This document shows, piece after piece, positions 48,646 through 56,571 of a stretch of 64,000 nt of DNA. A model generated the notes under the pieces. It worked only from the letters and a program-made list of their open reading frames with translations, did not search any database and was not told the DNA's origin. Numbering within the stretch: position 1 is the first letter of the stretch; every line of letters begins with the position of its first letter. The DNA is from Gemmatimonadota bacterium (GTDB lineage: Bacteria; Gemmatimonadota; Gemmatimonadetes; Gemmatimonadales; Gemmatimonadaceae). The stretch is taken from positions 11,905 through 75,904 of the forward strand of contig JACPFW010000026.1 of the NCBI GenBank assembly GCA_016182795.1. The letters run 5' to 3'. Both the position numbers and the translations under genes were made by a program.

Positions 48646-49200
48646 ATGCCGCGCCGCCCGCACAAGACACGCGTTTCCGCGCTTCCGCTCGCCGCACCGG
48701 CGCAGTTTCGGCGGCGGGCGTCAACGCGCCACGGGCTGGGCGTCTTCGCGGTGAAGCCGATCGCCGCCGGCACGCGCATTATCGAGTACACGGGCGAGCT
48801 GATCTCGCACGCAGAGGGCGAGCGGCGGTACCCGACGGCGCCCGACGGCCACGAGGAGCCGGAGCACACGTATCTGCTGCAGCTCGACGAGGACCGCGTG
48901 ATTGACGCCAACGTCGGCGGCAACGACGCGCGCTACATCAACCATTCGTGCGCGCCAAACTGCGAGCCGCTGCCGGCCGGTGATCACATGTGGATCGTGA
49001 GCGTGCGCGCGATTCGCCCGGGCGAAGAGCTGGGCTACGACTACGCGATCGAACTCGATGAGCCGCACACGCCGGCGCGCAAGAAGCGCTTTCCGTGCCG
49101 GTGCGGCGCGCGCAGCTGCCGCGGGTCAATGCTCAAGCCGAAGCACGCGCCGCACCATCCGCTCATTCGCGCCGCGCGGCGGCGGTGGGACTTGTCGTGA
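48646..49200 (+). CDS. SET-domain protein (putative protein-lysine methyltransferase)
   Basis: HGLGVFAVKPIAAGTRIIEYTGELIS...ARYINHSCAPNCE...GEELGYDY...CRCGARSCRG covers the SET core (NHSC, ELxYDY) and a post-SET Cys cluster. Confidence 0.85.
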   Translation: MPRRPHKTRVSALPLAAPAQFRRRASTRHGLGVFAVKPIAAGTRIIEYTGELISHAEGERRYPTAPDGHEEPEHTYLLQLDEDRVIDANVGGNDARYINHSCAPNCEPLPAGDHMWIVSVRAIRPGEELGYDYAIELDEPHTPARKKRFPCRCGARSCRGSMLKPKHAPHHPLIRAARRRWDLS

Positions 49201-49213
49201 GGCGCGGCCGTCG

Positions 49214-50473
49214 ATGACCCCCGAACTGCTCCCGGCCCCCGACGACGCCGCGCGGCAGGCGCGGCTGAACAAGATGCGCTCGCGCGCCACCGGACTACTG
49301 GTGGCCGCGGCCCTCATCTTCCTGGTGTCGCGGCATTACACACCGGTGTATCCGTGGCTCGACTGGGTGCGGGCCGCGACCGAGGCGGCGATGGTGGGCG
49401 GCCTCGCCGACTGGTTCGCCGTGACGGCGCTTTTCCGGCGTCCGCTTGGCCTGCCGATCCCGCACACCGCGATCATCATGACTCAGCGCGACCGCATCGG
49501 TCGCGTCCTCGGCAACTTCGTGCAGCGGCACTTTCTCACGCGCGACGTGGTGGAGGCCGAGCTGCGGCGGCTCCATCCGTCGGAACGGCTGGCGCGGTGG
49601 CTGGCGACACCGGACAACAGCGCCCGCGTCGCGGGGCTGCTGCAGAGCGGGTTTGCGCGCACCGTGCAGGCCGTGCCCGACGAGGAGTTCCGCGCGCTCA
49701 TTCGGCGCGCCGCCGTGGACCGCGTGGAGCGGACCCTCGTTGCGCCGATTCTTGGCGATGTGCTCGAGCTGGTGACGAGCGACGACCGGCACCACGAGTT
49801 CCTCGATCAGGCGCTCCAACTCGTGCTAACGGCGCTCAACGAACATCGCGAGACGATCCGGGCGCAGATCCGCAAAGAGAGTCCGTGGTATGTGCCGGGC
49901 GTGGTGGACAACGCGATCTACAAGCAGCTGCTGCGCGCCACGGAGAAGACGCTCGCCGACGTGCGGGGCGACGCGGCGCACCCGTTGCGCGTGAAGCTCG
50001 ACGCGGAACTGCGCGCCTTCGCCGAGAAGCTCCGGCATTCGCCCGACGTGGGTGCCAAGGCTGAACAGATCAAGAGCCAGTTGCTGCGCGCCGAGGTTGT
50101 GGAGGGGATTGTGGACGGCGTCTGGGACTCGGTGCGCGCCTCGGCGCTGAAATACGGCACGGACGGCGAGGCCCCTGCGGCCGGGCTCGTGCGCGGGCTC
50201 TCGGCTGCGGGCACGGCGCTGCTGGCCAACGAGGCGGTGCTGGCCGAACTCGACGAGACGCTCATTGACGCCGTGGCCGACGCGGCCGAACGGAATCGCG
50301 ATCATGTGGGCGCGCTCATCGCCCGCACTGTGCAGGCGTGGGATCCATCCGTCGCCGCCGCGCGCCTCGAACTCGCGGTGGGTCCGGATCTGCAGTACAT
50401 CCGGATCAACGGCACTCTCGTGGGCGCGCTGGCGGGGTTGGGGCTGCATGCGCTGGCTAAGGTGCTGCCTTAG
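49214..50473 (+). CDS. DUF445-family membrane protein
   Basis: ATG 49214. EAAMVGGLADWFAVTALFRRPLGLPIPHTAII is the signature stretch of the YjiN/DUF445 family. The C-terminus INGTLVGALAGLGLHAL is also typical. Confidence 0.7.
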   Translation: MTPELLPAPDDAARQARLNKMRSRATGLLVAAALIFLVSRHYTPVYPWLDWVRAATEAAMVGGLADWFAVTALFRRPLGLPIPHTAIIMTQRDRIGRVLGNFVQRHFLTRDVVEAELRRLHPSERLARWLATPDNSARVAGLLQSGFARTVQAVPDEEFRALIRRAAVDRVERTLVAPILGDVLELVTSDDRHHEFLDQALQLVLTALNEHRETIRAQIRKESPWYVPGVVDNAIYKQLLRATEKTLADVRGDAAHPLRVKLDAELRAFAEKLRHSPDVGAKAEQIKSQLLRAEVVEGIVDGVWDSVRASALKYGTDGEAPAAGLVRGLSAAGTALLANEAVLAELDETLIDAVADAAERNRDHVGALIARTVQAWDPSVAAARLELAVGPDLQYIRINGTLVGALAGLGLHALAKVLP

Positions 50474-50531
50474 AAGAGAAACAACAGAGAAACAACAGAG
50501 AAACAACAGAAAAACAACAGAGAGACAACAG
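50474..50531. repeat. Tandem 11-mer array x5 (ACAACAGAGAA type), the same word family as 33722-33776
   Basis: ACAACAG recurs at 50481, 50492, 50503, 50514 and 50525, an exact 11-nt period. The array begins 1 nt after the stop (TAG 50471-50473) of the DUF445 gene. Confidence 0.92.
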
Positions 50532-50619
50532 TGCGCGCGGATTGGGCGCTGAGTTTGCGGCTTCAGCGCTCAGCGCAGGCGTGAGCGGGCGCGCAACGAC
50601 ACGCTGAGGAGTTGACGCC

Positions 50620-51903
50620 TCAGGGCGTGCCCGCCGCATCCGCCAACTTCAGCTTGGCGGCATCAATGAGCCGCGTACCATTCCCCGCCGGCACGTCGGT
50701 CCAGATAATCGCGGCCTTGCCCTGCACCGTGGCGGTGGCGATCTGCACCACGCGCCCCTTGCCCTCAAATCGCCTCACCTCTGCCGTGCCGCTCCCCGCG
50801 CCTCCCATCCGCCGCTGGGCCGCGCGCTGGGCCGCCTCGCGGAACTCGCCGGCATCGATTGGCGTGTCCCACACCGACACCCAGACAATGCCCGCGCCGC
50901 CCGGCAAGTTGGCGACGACGTACCGGTCGCCCGCCCATCCGTCGGCCGACCGCGCCGACGTTCCGAGGTCTTGCAGCGCCTGAAACAGGAAGAGGCGCGT
51001 CTCGAACTCGCCGAGGTTGTTCTCGTATACCTTCGCGCCAGTAAGCAGCGGCGGCATTTCCACGCGCACCGGCTGTTCCCCGGCCGCGTACTTCTCAAAA
51101 TGCAGCACCTGCTCCGTGCTGGCCGGCAGCGGCTGCCACGGCGGCGTGCCGCGCTTGGCCTTCTTGTATCGATTGATGAACTCGGCGCCGCTCAGGTACG
51201 GAAAGAGCAGCGTCTCCTGCAGCAGCATTGGCGCGCTGGCGAAGACAGGCATCGCGGTCTGATTCTCGCGAATCATCTCGCGCACCCGGTCCCACCCGCC
51301 GGGCATGCGCACGCCGAGGTCGCCGCCGAGCATTGTCGACAGCTGTTCGTACGTCGCCTGCCCTTCCATCACGGCCTGCGCGGCCGTCAGCCGATCGTTG
51401 TCATCCCGCTGTTTCTGCAGCGAGTCGAGATTGAAGTACTGGTCCTGCAAGGCATGCACCAGCTCGTGCGCGACCGTCACTTCGACCAACGACGCGCGCG
51501 CGGCGGAGGTGTCGTTCACCACATACAGGACCTTCGTGGCCGGATCGTAGTACCCGATCACCTGCTCGCCCAACAGGCGCAGCATGAAGCGCCGCAGGTC
51601 CATGGTGTCGGGGAGGAAGCCCAGCAGCTTGTACGCGCGCGACGCTCCCTCCAACTCGAGGGCCGGGAGGTTGTCGTTGAACTCCTTCTCGAGGAAGGCC
51701 CGCACCTCCTCGGTGCTGCGCTGCTCGACCTTGGGCGGCGTCTTGAACGTGAGTCCCGTGGCCTTTTCGACCTGCGGGACGTACTTGGCCATCAGCTTGG
51801 CGTACGGTCCGGAGTACTTGCCGGCATCGGCGCCACGGCAGGCCGGCAGGACAGTCAGCGCCGCGGCGATCAGGATGGCCGCGCGACGAGTGATGAAACG
51901 CAT
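50620..51903 (-). CDS. Putative zinc metallopeptidase lipoprotein (HExxH)
   Basis: MRFITRRAAILIAAALTVLPAC is a lipobox. VTVAHELVHALQDQ is an HExxH motif. Family assignment is uncertain. Confidence 0.55.
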   Translation of the reverse strand: MRFITRRAAILIAAALTVLPACRGADAGKYSGPYAKLMAKYVPQVEKATGLTFKTPPKVEQRSTEEVRAFLEKEFNDNLPALELEGASRAYKLLGFLPDTMDLRRFMLRLLGEQVIGYYDPATKVLYVVNDTSAARASLVEVTVAHELVHALQDQYFNLDSLQKQRDDNDRLTAAQAVMEGQATYEQLSTMLGGDLGVRMPGGWDRVREMIRENQTAMPVFASAPMLLQETLLFPYLSGAEFINRYKKAKRGTPPWQPLPASTEQVLHFEKYAAGEQPVRVEMPPLLTGAKVYENNLGEFETRLFLFQALQDLGTSARSADGWAGDRYVVANLPGGAGIVWVSVWDTPIDAGEFREAAQRAAQRRMGGAGSGTAEVRRFEGKGRVVQIATATVQGKAAIIWTDVPAGNGTRLIDAAKLKLADAAGTP

Positions 51904-51940
51904 TTCGCCTCTCAAGGTTGGCGCGGCAGCGGGCCGCAAC

Positions 51941-52777
51941 TCAGCCGAACACCCGACTCAGATACCAGTTGAGCAGGGCATTGCCGAAAAGCAACGTGAC
52001 GATCGCGGCCGGCGCAAGGAAGACGCCAAACGGGACCAGCGGCGGCGTGAATTCCGCGCCGGCGCGACGGGCGCGGATCCACCCGATCGGGTAGACGATC
52101 GCCACGAACAGCACCGCGGCAAGCGCGGCGCCGACGAACACCGTCAACAGCGCCCGTACCGGTCCGACGAGCGCGCCAACGAACGCCATCAGGGTGGCGT
52201 CGCCGTACCCCATCGCCTCCTTTTTGAGCGCCACCTCGCCGAGCCAGCCCATGATCGTGATCGCGCCGGCGCCCACGCATGCGCCAAGCACCGCGTCCCA
52301 CGGGCCGACGAACGGCAGCTGCTCACCGAGCACGGCACCGACCAGCGCGCCGATGAGGGCGATCGCCAGTCCACTCACCGTGAAGCCGTCGGGAATCAGG
52401 TAGCTCTGCGCATCGGTGACCGCGACGCCGAGCAGAATCGTCGCCACCAACGCCAGCCGCACCGCCACCACGCTCGGCCCGAGCAGCCAGAGCGCCGACA
52501 CCCAGATGAGCGCCGTGATCGCCTCCACCAGCGGGTACTGCCAGCTGATGGGCTGGCCGCAGGTGCGGCATTTGGCCCGCAGCACGAGCCAGCTGATGAC
52601 GGGCACGTTGTCGTACCAGGCAATCGCGCCGCCGCAGCCCGGACAGCGCGATCGCGGACGCACCACCGACTCGTCCTTGGGCCACCGAGCGATGCAGACG
52701 TTCAGAAAGGACCCGAAGATCGCGCCGAGCACGGCGAACAGCGGCGCATAGGCGGCAAACCAGGCGGCGGAGCTCAC
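51941..52777 (-). CDS. pilD: Type IV prepilin peptidase (A24 family)
   Basis: GSFLNVCIARWP...CPGCGGAIAWYDNVPVISWLVLRAKCRTCG is the zinc-finger-like N-domain. The protein is polytopic, with GYGDATLM (the catalytic Asp context). Confidence 0.85.
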   Translation of the reverse strand: MSSAAWFAAYAPLFAVLGAIFGSFLNVCIARWPKDESVVRPRSRCPGCGGAIAWYDNVPVISWLVLRAKCRTCGQPISWQYPLVEAITALIWVSALWLLGPSVVAVRLALVATILLGVAVTDAQSYLIPDGFTVSGLAIALIGALVGAVLGEQLPFVGPWDAVLGACVGAGAITIMGWLGEVALKKEAMGYGDATLMAFVGALVGPVRALLTVFVGAALAAVLFVAIVYPIGWIRARRAGAEFTPPLVPFGVFLAPAAIVTLLFGNALLNWYLSRVFG

Positions 52778-53556
52778 GGGCGGAGGGCGTAGAGGGTGAT
52801 GCCGGCGGCCACCGCGACGTTGAATGATTCCACGTCCGGTGACATCGGCAACGAGACGACGGCCGAGCAGCGCGCGCGCAACGCGTCAGAGAGGCCGGCG
52901 CCTTCATTGCCGACCGCCACGGCCAGCCGGGCCGGGGGGCGCGCGGAGTCGATGGGCGTGCCATCGGCCGCGGTCCCCCAGAGCGCCACATCGTGGCGAT
53001 CGAGATACTCAAAGAGTTCCGCGACCGACGCGTCGATCGCCGGAAAACGGAACTGCGTGCCGGCCGCGCTGCGCACCACCTTGGCGTTCCACAGATCCAC
53101 CGTGCCCGGGAGCGCGACGACCGCGGTGGCCCCCAACGCGGCGGCGGTGCGCACGAGCACGCCGACATTGCCGGGATCCTGAATGGCGTCGAGCACGAGC
53201 ACCCGCGCGTGTGCGCCGGGATCGAGCGACGCGAGCAGGCGCTTGGGCTGCCGCGCGATGGCCAGCACGCCCTGCGGATGCTCGGTGTCGGCCGCGGAGT
53301 CGAACTCGGCGTCGGTCACCTGCAGCGCGGGAACGCCGCGCGCGGCGAGTCCGGCGACCACCGCACCGGCGCGCGTGTCCGCGGCGGCGCGCCCGGTGTA
53401 CAACACCGCGTCAACCGTCAGCGGCGAGCGCGCGAGCTCCTCAACCGTTCGCACGCCCTCGGCGACGAACCGCTCGTTCCGTTCGCGGGCCTTGCGGCGC
53501 CGCAGGTCCCTTGCCGTGGTCAGCCAATTCACTGATAGATTGTCTCCATGGGCCAT
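52774..53556 (-). CDS. TrmH/SpoU-family RNA 2'-O-methyltransferase (RlmB-like)
   Basis: LDAIQDPGNVGVLVRTAAALGA...GNEGAGLS...ESFNVAVAAGITLY are SPOUT motifs 1-3. An alternative GTG start at 53532 would remove the 9-nt divergent overlap with the next gene. Confidence 0.85.
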   Translation of the reverse strand: MAHGDNLSVNWLTTARDLRRRKARERNERFVAEGVRTVEELARSPLTVDAVLYTGRAAADTRAGAVVAGLAARGVPALQVTDAEFDSAADTEHPQGVLAIARQPKRLLASLDPGAHARVLVLDAIQDPGNVGVLVRTAAALGATAVVALPGTVDLWNAKVVRSAAGTQFRFPAIDASVAELFEYLDRHDVALWGTAADGTPIDSARPPARLAVAVGNEGAGLSDALRARCSAVVSLPMSPDVESFNVAVAAGITLYALRP

Positions 53557-54366
53557 TCCGTCATCCGACTTGCGCGCAGTGTCGTTCCCTGCCTCTTGCT
53601 CTGCACTTCAGCTTGTGCTGTCTCGACGCAGCAGGAAGTCGAGATCGGCACCAACTACGCCTCGCAGATTGCCAAGGAACTGCCCCTCATTCAGGACGCC
53701 GAGGTCAACCGGTACATCACGACGCTCGGCCTGTCGCTGGCCCGTGTCGCCGACCAGCGAAATCTCGACTGGCACTTCCACGTTGTCGATAGCAAAGAGG
53801 TAAATGCTTTCGCCGTCCCCGGGGGCTACATCTACGTCAATCGCGGACTGATCGAACGCGCCACCAATATGTCGCAGGTCGCCGGGGTGCTCGGCCACGA
53901 AATAGGCCACGTCACCCGCCGGCACAGCGTCAAGCAGATGCAGAAGGCCCAGGGGACGAACATCGGCGCCACCCTGCTCTGCACACTGACGGCGGCGTGC
54001 AACTCGGGGCTCGCGCAAACCGCCGCGCAGATTGGCGCCAGCGCCGCGTTTGCGAAGTTCAGTCGGACCGACGAGGCCGAGGCTGACGACGAAGGACTGC
54101 GCTACGTGGTGAAGGCCGGGATCGACCCCAACGGCATCCCCGAGATGTTCGAGATCCTGGAGAAAGAGCGGAAGGAGAAGCCGACGTCGATGGACCTGTG
54201 GTTCGCGTCGCACCCAATGGAGGAATCACGCATCGCCGACACGCGGGCCGCGATCGCCAAGCTGCCGCCTGACCAGCTGAAGGGACTGGTGAAGGACACG
54301 AAGGAGTTTCAGGCGTTCAAGAAGCGGGTGATGGCACTGCCGGCGCCGCCCCCGACGAAGAAGTGA
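53548..54366 (+). CDS. M48-family zinc metalloprotease lipoprotein
   Basis: Lipobox LLCTSAC. NAFAVPGGYIYVNRGL...GVLGHEIGHVTRRH (HExxH)...EAEADDEG. Confidence 0.88.
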   Translation: MGHSVIRLARSVVPCLLLCTSACAVSTQQEVEIGTNYASQIAKELPLIQDAEVNRYITTLGLSLARVADQRNLDWHFHVVDSKEVNAFAVPGGYIYVNRGLIERATNMSQVAGVLGHEIGHVTRRHSVKQMQKAQGTNIGATLLCTLTAACNSGLAQTAAQIGASAAFAKFSRTDEAEADDEGLRYVVKAGIDPNGIPEMFEILEKERKEKPTSMDLWFASHPMEESRIADTRAAIAKLPPDQLKGLVKDTKEFQAFKKRVMALPAPPPTKK

Positions 54367-54456
54367 GGGTAGAAGCTAGAAGGTAGAGGGTGGATGGTTG
54401 AAGGTAGAGACTTCCTACCATCTGCCATCCACCTTCTACCATCGGCCTTCCGCCAC
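54366..54456. repeat. Palindromic pair of heptamer arrays (6 x AAGGTAG type, 7-nt spacer, 6 x CTACCAT type)
   Basis: agggtag aagctag aaggtag agggtgg atggttg aaggtag / ctaccat ctgccat ccacctt ctaccat cggcctt ccgccac. The pair fills the whole gap between convergent genes (stops at 54364-54366 and 54459-54461). Confidence 0.92.
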
Positions 54457-54458
54457 CA

Positions 54459-55295
54459 CTAAAGTCCCGCCACGAATTCCGTCACCAACGCCACGAACTT
54501 CTCACCGGCGGCCTCGGCGGCGCGCATCACGTCGGCGTGGCTGAGCTTCTCGGGTGACAGGCCGGCCGCGGGGTTGGAGATGAGCGAAACGCCGACGACC
54601 TCGAGCCCCATCGCGTTGGCGAGAATCACCTCGGGCACGGTGCTCATGCCGGTGGCGTCGGCTCCCATCCGCTCGAGCATGCGCACTTCCGCGAGCGTCT
54701 CGTAGGTCGGCCCGAGCAGGCCGACGTACACGCCCGCCTGCAGCGGCAGATGCAGCCGCTGCGCTGCCTCGCGAAGCAACGCCTTGAGCCGCGGAGAGTA
54801 CGGCGCGCTCATGTCGGGGAATCGCTCGTCCGTCGACTCCACCGGCCCGGCGAGCGGGTTCACGAACTGCAGGTTGATGTGGTCCTCGATGACCATCAGG
54901 TCGCCGGCGCTGAACGTGCGGCGGATGCCGCCGGCGGCGTTGGACACAAAGAGGCACTTGGCGCCGAGGGCATGCACAACACGAACGGGGAACGCGCTGA
55001 CCTGCGGAGAATGCCCTTCGTACATGTGGAACCGGCCGGCGAGCGCCACGACTTCGCGGCCGCCGAGCGTCCCGGCAATGAATTGCCCTTTGTGCCCCAC
55101 GACATTGGTCGTGTGGAAGCCGGGGATCTCCGCGTACGGCAGGCGCTTGGCATTCTCGATGCGATCGGCGAGTCCGCCCAGACCGGAGCCGAGGATGATG
55201 GCGCAGGCCGGCGCGTTGACGCCGAGCCGTTCGCGAATGACGGCAGCCGCCTCGCGTGCGGCCACGACGCCGTGGGTCCCCTGGGCAGCACTCAC
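54459..55295 (-). CDS. Purine nucleoside phosphorylase (trimeric PNP/MTAP family)
   Basis: ILGSGLG...GHKGQFIAG...GRFHMYEGH...NAAGG...GPTYET.AE...GADATGMSTVPE are typical PNP-I family motifs. Confidence 0.9.
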   Translation of the reverse strand: MSAAQGTHGVVAAREAAAVIRERLGVNAPACAIILGSGLGGLADRIENAKRLPYAEIPGFHTTNVVGHKGQFIAGTLGGREVVALAGRFHMYEGHSPQVSAFPVRVVHALGAKCLFVSNAAGGIRRTFSAGDLMVIEDHINLQFVNPLAGPVESTDERFPDMSAPYSPRLKALLREAAQRLHLPLQAGVYVGLLGPTYETLAEVRMLERMGADATGMSTVPEVILANAMGLEVVGVSLISNPAAGLSPEKLSHADVMRAAEAAGEKFVALVTEFVAGL

Positions 55296-56338
55296 TTGCG
55301 CACCTCCGCCATCAATGTGGCAATGTCGCGGTCAACCGTCTCGAGTAGGGCGCGACGTTCGTTCTCGTGCAGAAATGCGCTGCGGAAGCCGTTGCGCGCA
55401 ACGTGCGCCAGCTCCTCGAAGCTGAAACCGAGGTGCCGCGCCGCCTTCTGGTACTCGTCCACCAGCGTCACGCCGCTCATCAACCGGTTGTCCGTGCTGA
55501 GCGCGACGTTGAGTCCGCGGTCATAGTACGCGCGCAGCGGATGCGCGTCGTACGACGATGCCGCGTGCGTCTGCACGTTGCTCGTGAGGCAGCACTCCAC
55601 CGTGATTTGCCGGTCGGCGATGTACTGCGTGAGCGATTCGTCTTCAATGAGGCGGGTGCCGTGGCCAATGCGGCAGGCGCAAAGGCCGTGCACGGCGTCG
55701 CGCACCGAAGATGGACCGTCGCCCTCACCGGCGTGGCACGTGCACGGCAAATCGTGCTCGCGCGCGTAGTCGAAGGCCGCCTTGTGCCGCGACGCCGGGT
55801 TGCCTGCCTCGCCGCCGGCGAGATCGAAGCCGACGACGCCACGGTGCTTGAAGCCGACGGCCAGCTTGGCCAGCTCGAGCGAGACTTCGGGAGCCATGTT
55901 GCGGATGGCGCAGATGATGACGCGGCCGACAATGCCGTACTCCTGCTGAGCCCGCGCCAGTCCGCGCAGCGGCGCCTCGACGGATTCCTCGAGCGACAGG
56001 CCGCCGCGCACGTTGAGCACGGGGGCGTAGCGCGTCTCGAGATAGCGCACGCCCTCGCGGGCCGCGTCTTCCGCCAGCTCGTACGTGATGCGCTCGAGGG
56101 CTTCGCTGGTCTGCATCACGGAGAGCGTCACCGAGAAGCGTTCGAGGTAGTCCTCGAGATTCTCGGCGTCATCCACCAGCATGTAGCGGGCGAGCTGCTC
56201 CTCGTCATCCGCGGGCATCGGCTTGTCGTATTCGGCCGCCAGTTCGAGCAAGGTGGCCGGACGCACACAGCCATCGAGGTGGCAGTGCAGCTCCGTTTTC
56301 GGCAGCCGTCGCAGCAGATCAGACGTCGCGACGGTCAC
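55292..56338 (-). CDS. add: Adenosine deaminase
   Basis: LPKTELHCHLDGC...FDLAGGE...CHAGE...ALSTDNRLMS are the metal and catalytic motifs. It overlaps both neighbours by 4 nt. Confidence 0.92.
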   Translation of the reverse strand: MTVATSDLLRRLPKTELHCHLDGCVRPATLLELAAEYDKPMPADDEEQLARYMLVDDAENLEDYLERFSVTLSVMQTSEALERITYELAEDAAREGVRYLETRYAPVLNVRGGLSLEESVEAPLRGLARAQQEYGIVGRVIICAIRNMAPEVSLELAKLAVGFKHRGVVGFDLAGGEAGNPASRHKAAFDYAREHDLPCTCHAGEGDGPSSVRDAVHGLCACRIGHGTRLIEDESLTQYIADRQITVECCLTSNVQTHAASSYDAHPLRAYYDRGLNVALSTDNRLMSGVTLVDEYQKAARHLGFSFEELAHVARNGFRSAFLHENERRALLETVDRDIATLMAEVRK

Positions 56339-56571
56339 TCGGACCCCTCGGCGCGGGCGGCGCGAGCGGAGACGAGTCGGAAGATCGCGCCGCCGTGCAC
56401 GGGTGCGGTGGGGGCGACGGGCAGTCCGCGGCTATCGGTCACGCCGCGCGTACCGGCGGCGAACGCGTCGCCCTCGGCGGCATCGAACGCGCGGACGGCG
56501 TCGAGCACGGTCGCGCCGGCCGCGACCTGCACGGTGCGCGCGTTCACAAAGACGGTCAGGGGGTCAGTCAT
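56335..56571 (-). CDS. Hypothetical 78-aa protein, translationally coupled on both sides
   Basis: MTDPLTVFVNARTVQVAAGATVLDAVRAFDAAEGDAFAAGTRGVTDSRGLPVAPTAPVHGGAIFRLV... has ATGA-type 4-nt overlaps with the nucleotidase stop and the add start. The pattern is vaguely beta-grasp-like, with no cysteines. Confidence 0.5.
   Translation of the reverse strand: MTDPLTVFVNARTVQVAAGATVLDAVRAFDAAEGDAFAAGTRGVTDSRGLPVAPTAPVHGGAIFRLVSARAARAEGSE

Noticed and set aside
8745-54456. Whether any of the tandem arrays could be a CRISPR array
   Set aside because: The units are 7-13 nt and directly contiguous, with no spacers. No cas genes or leader-like structure are present. They are not CRISPR.
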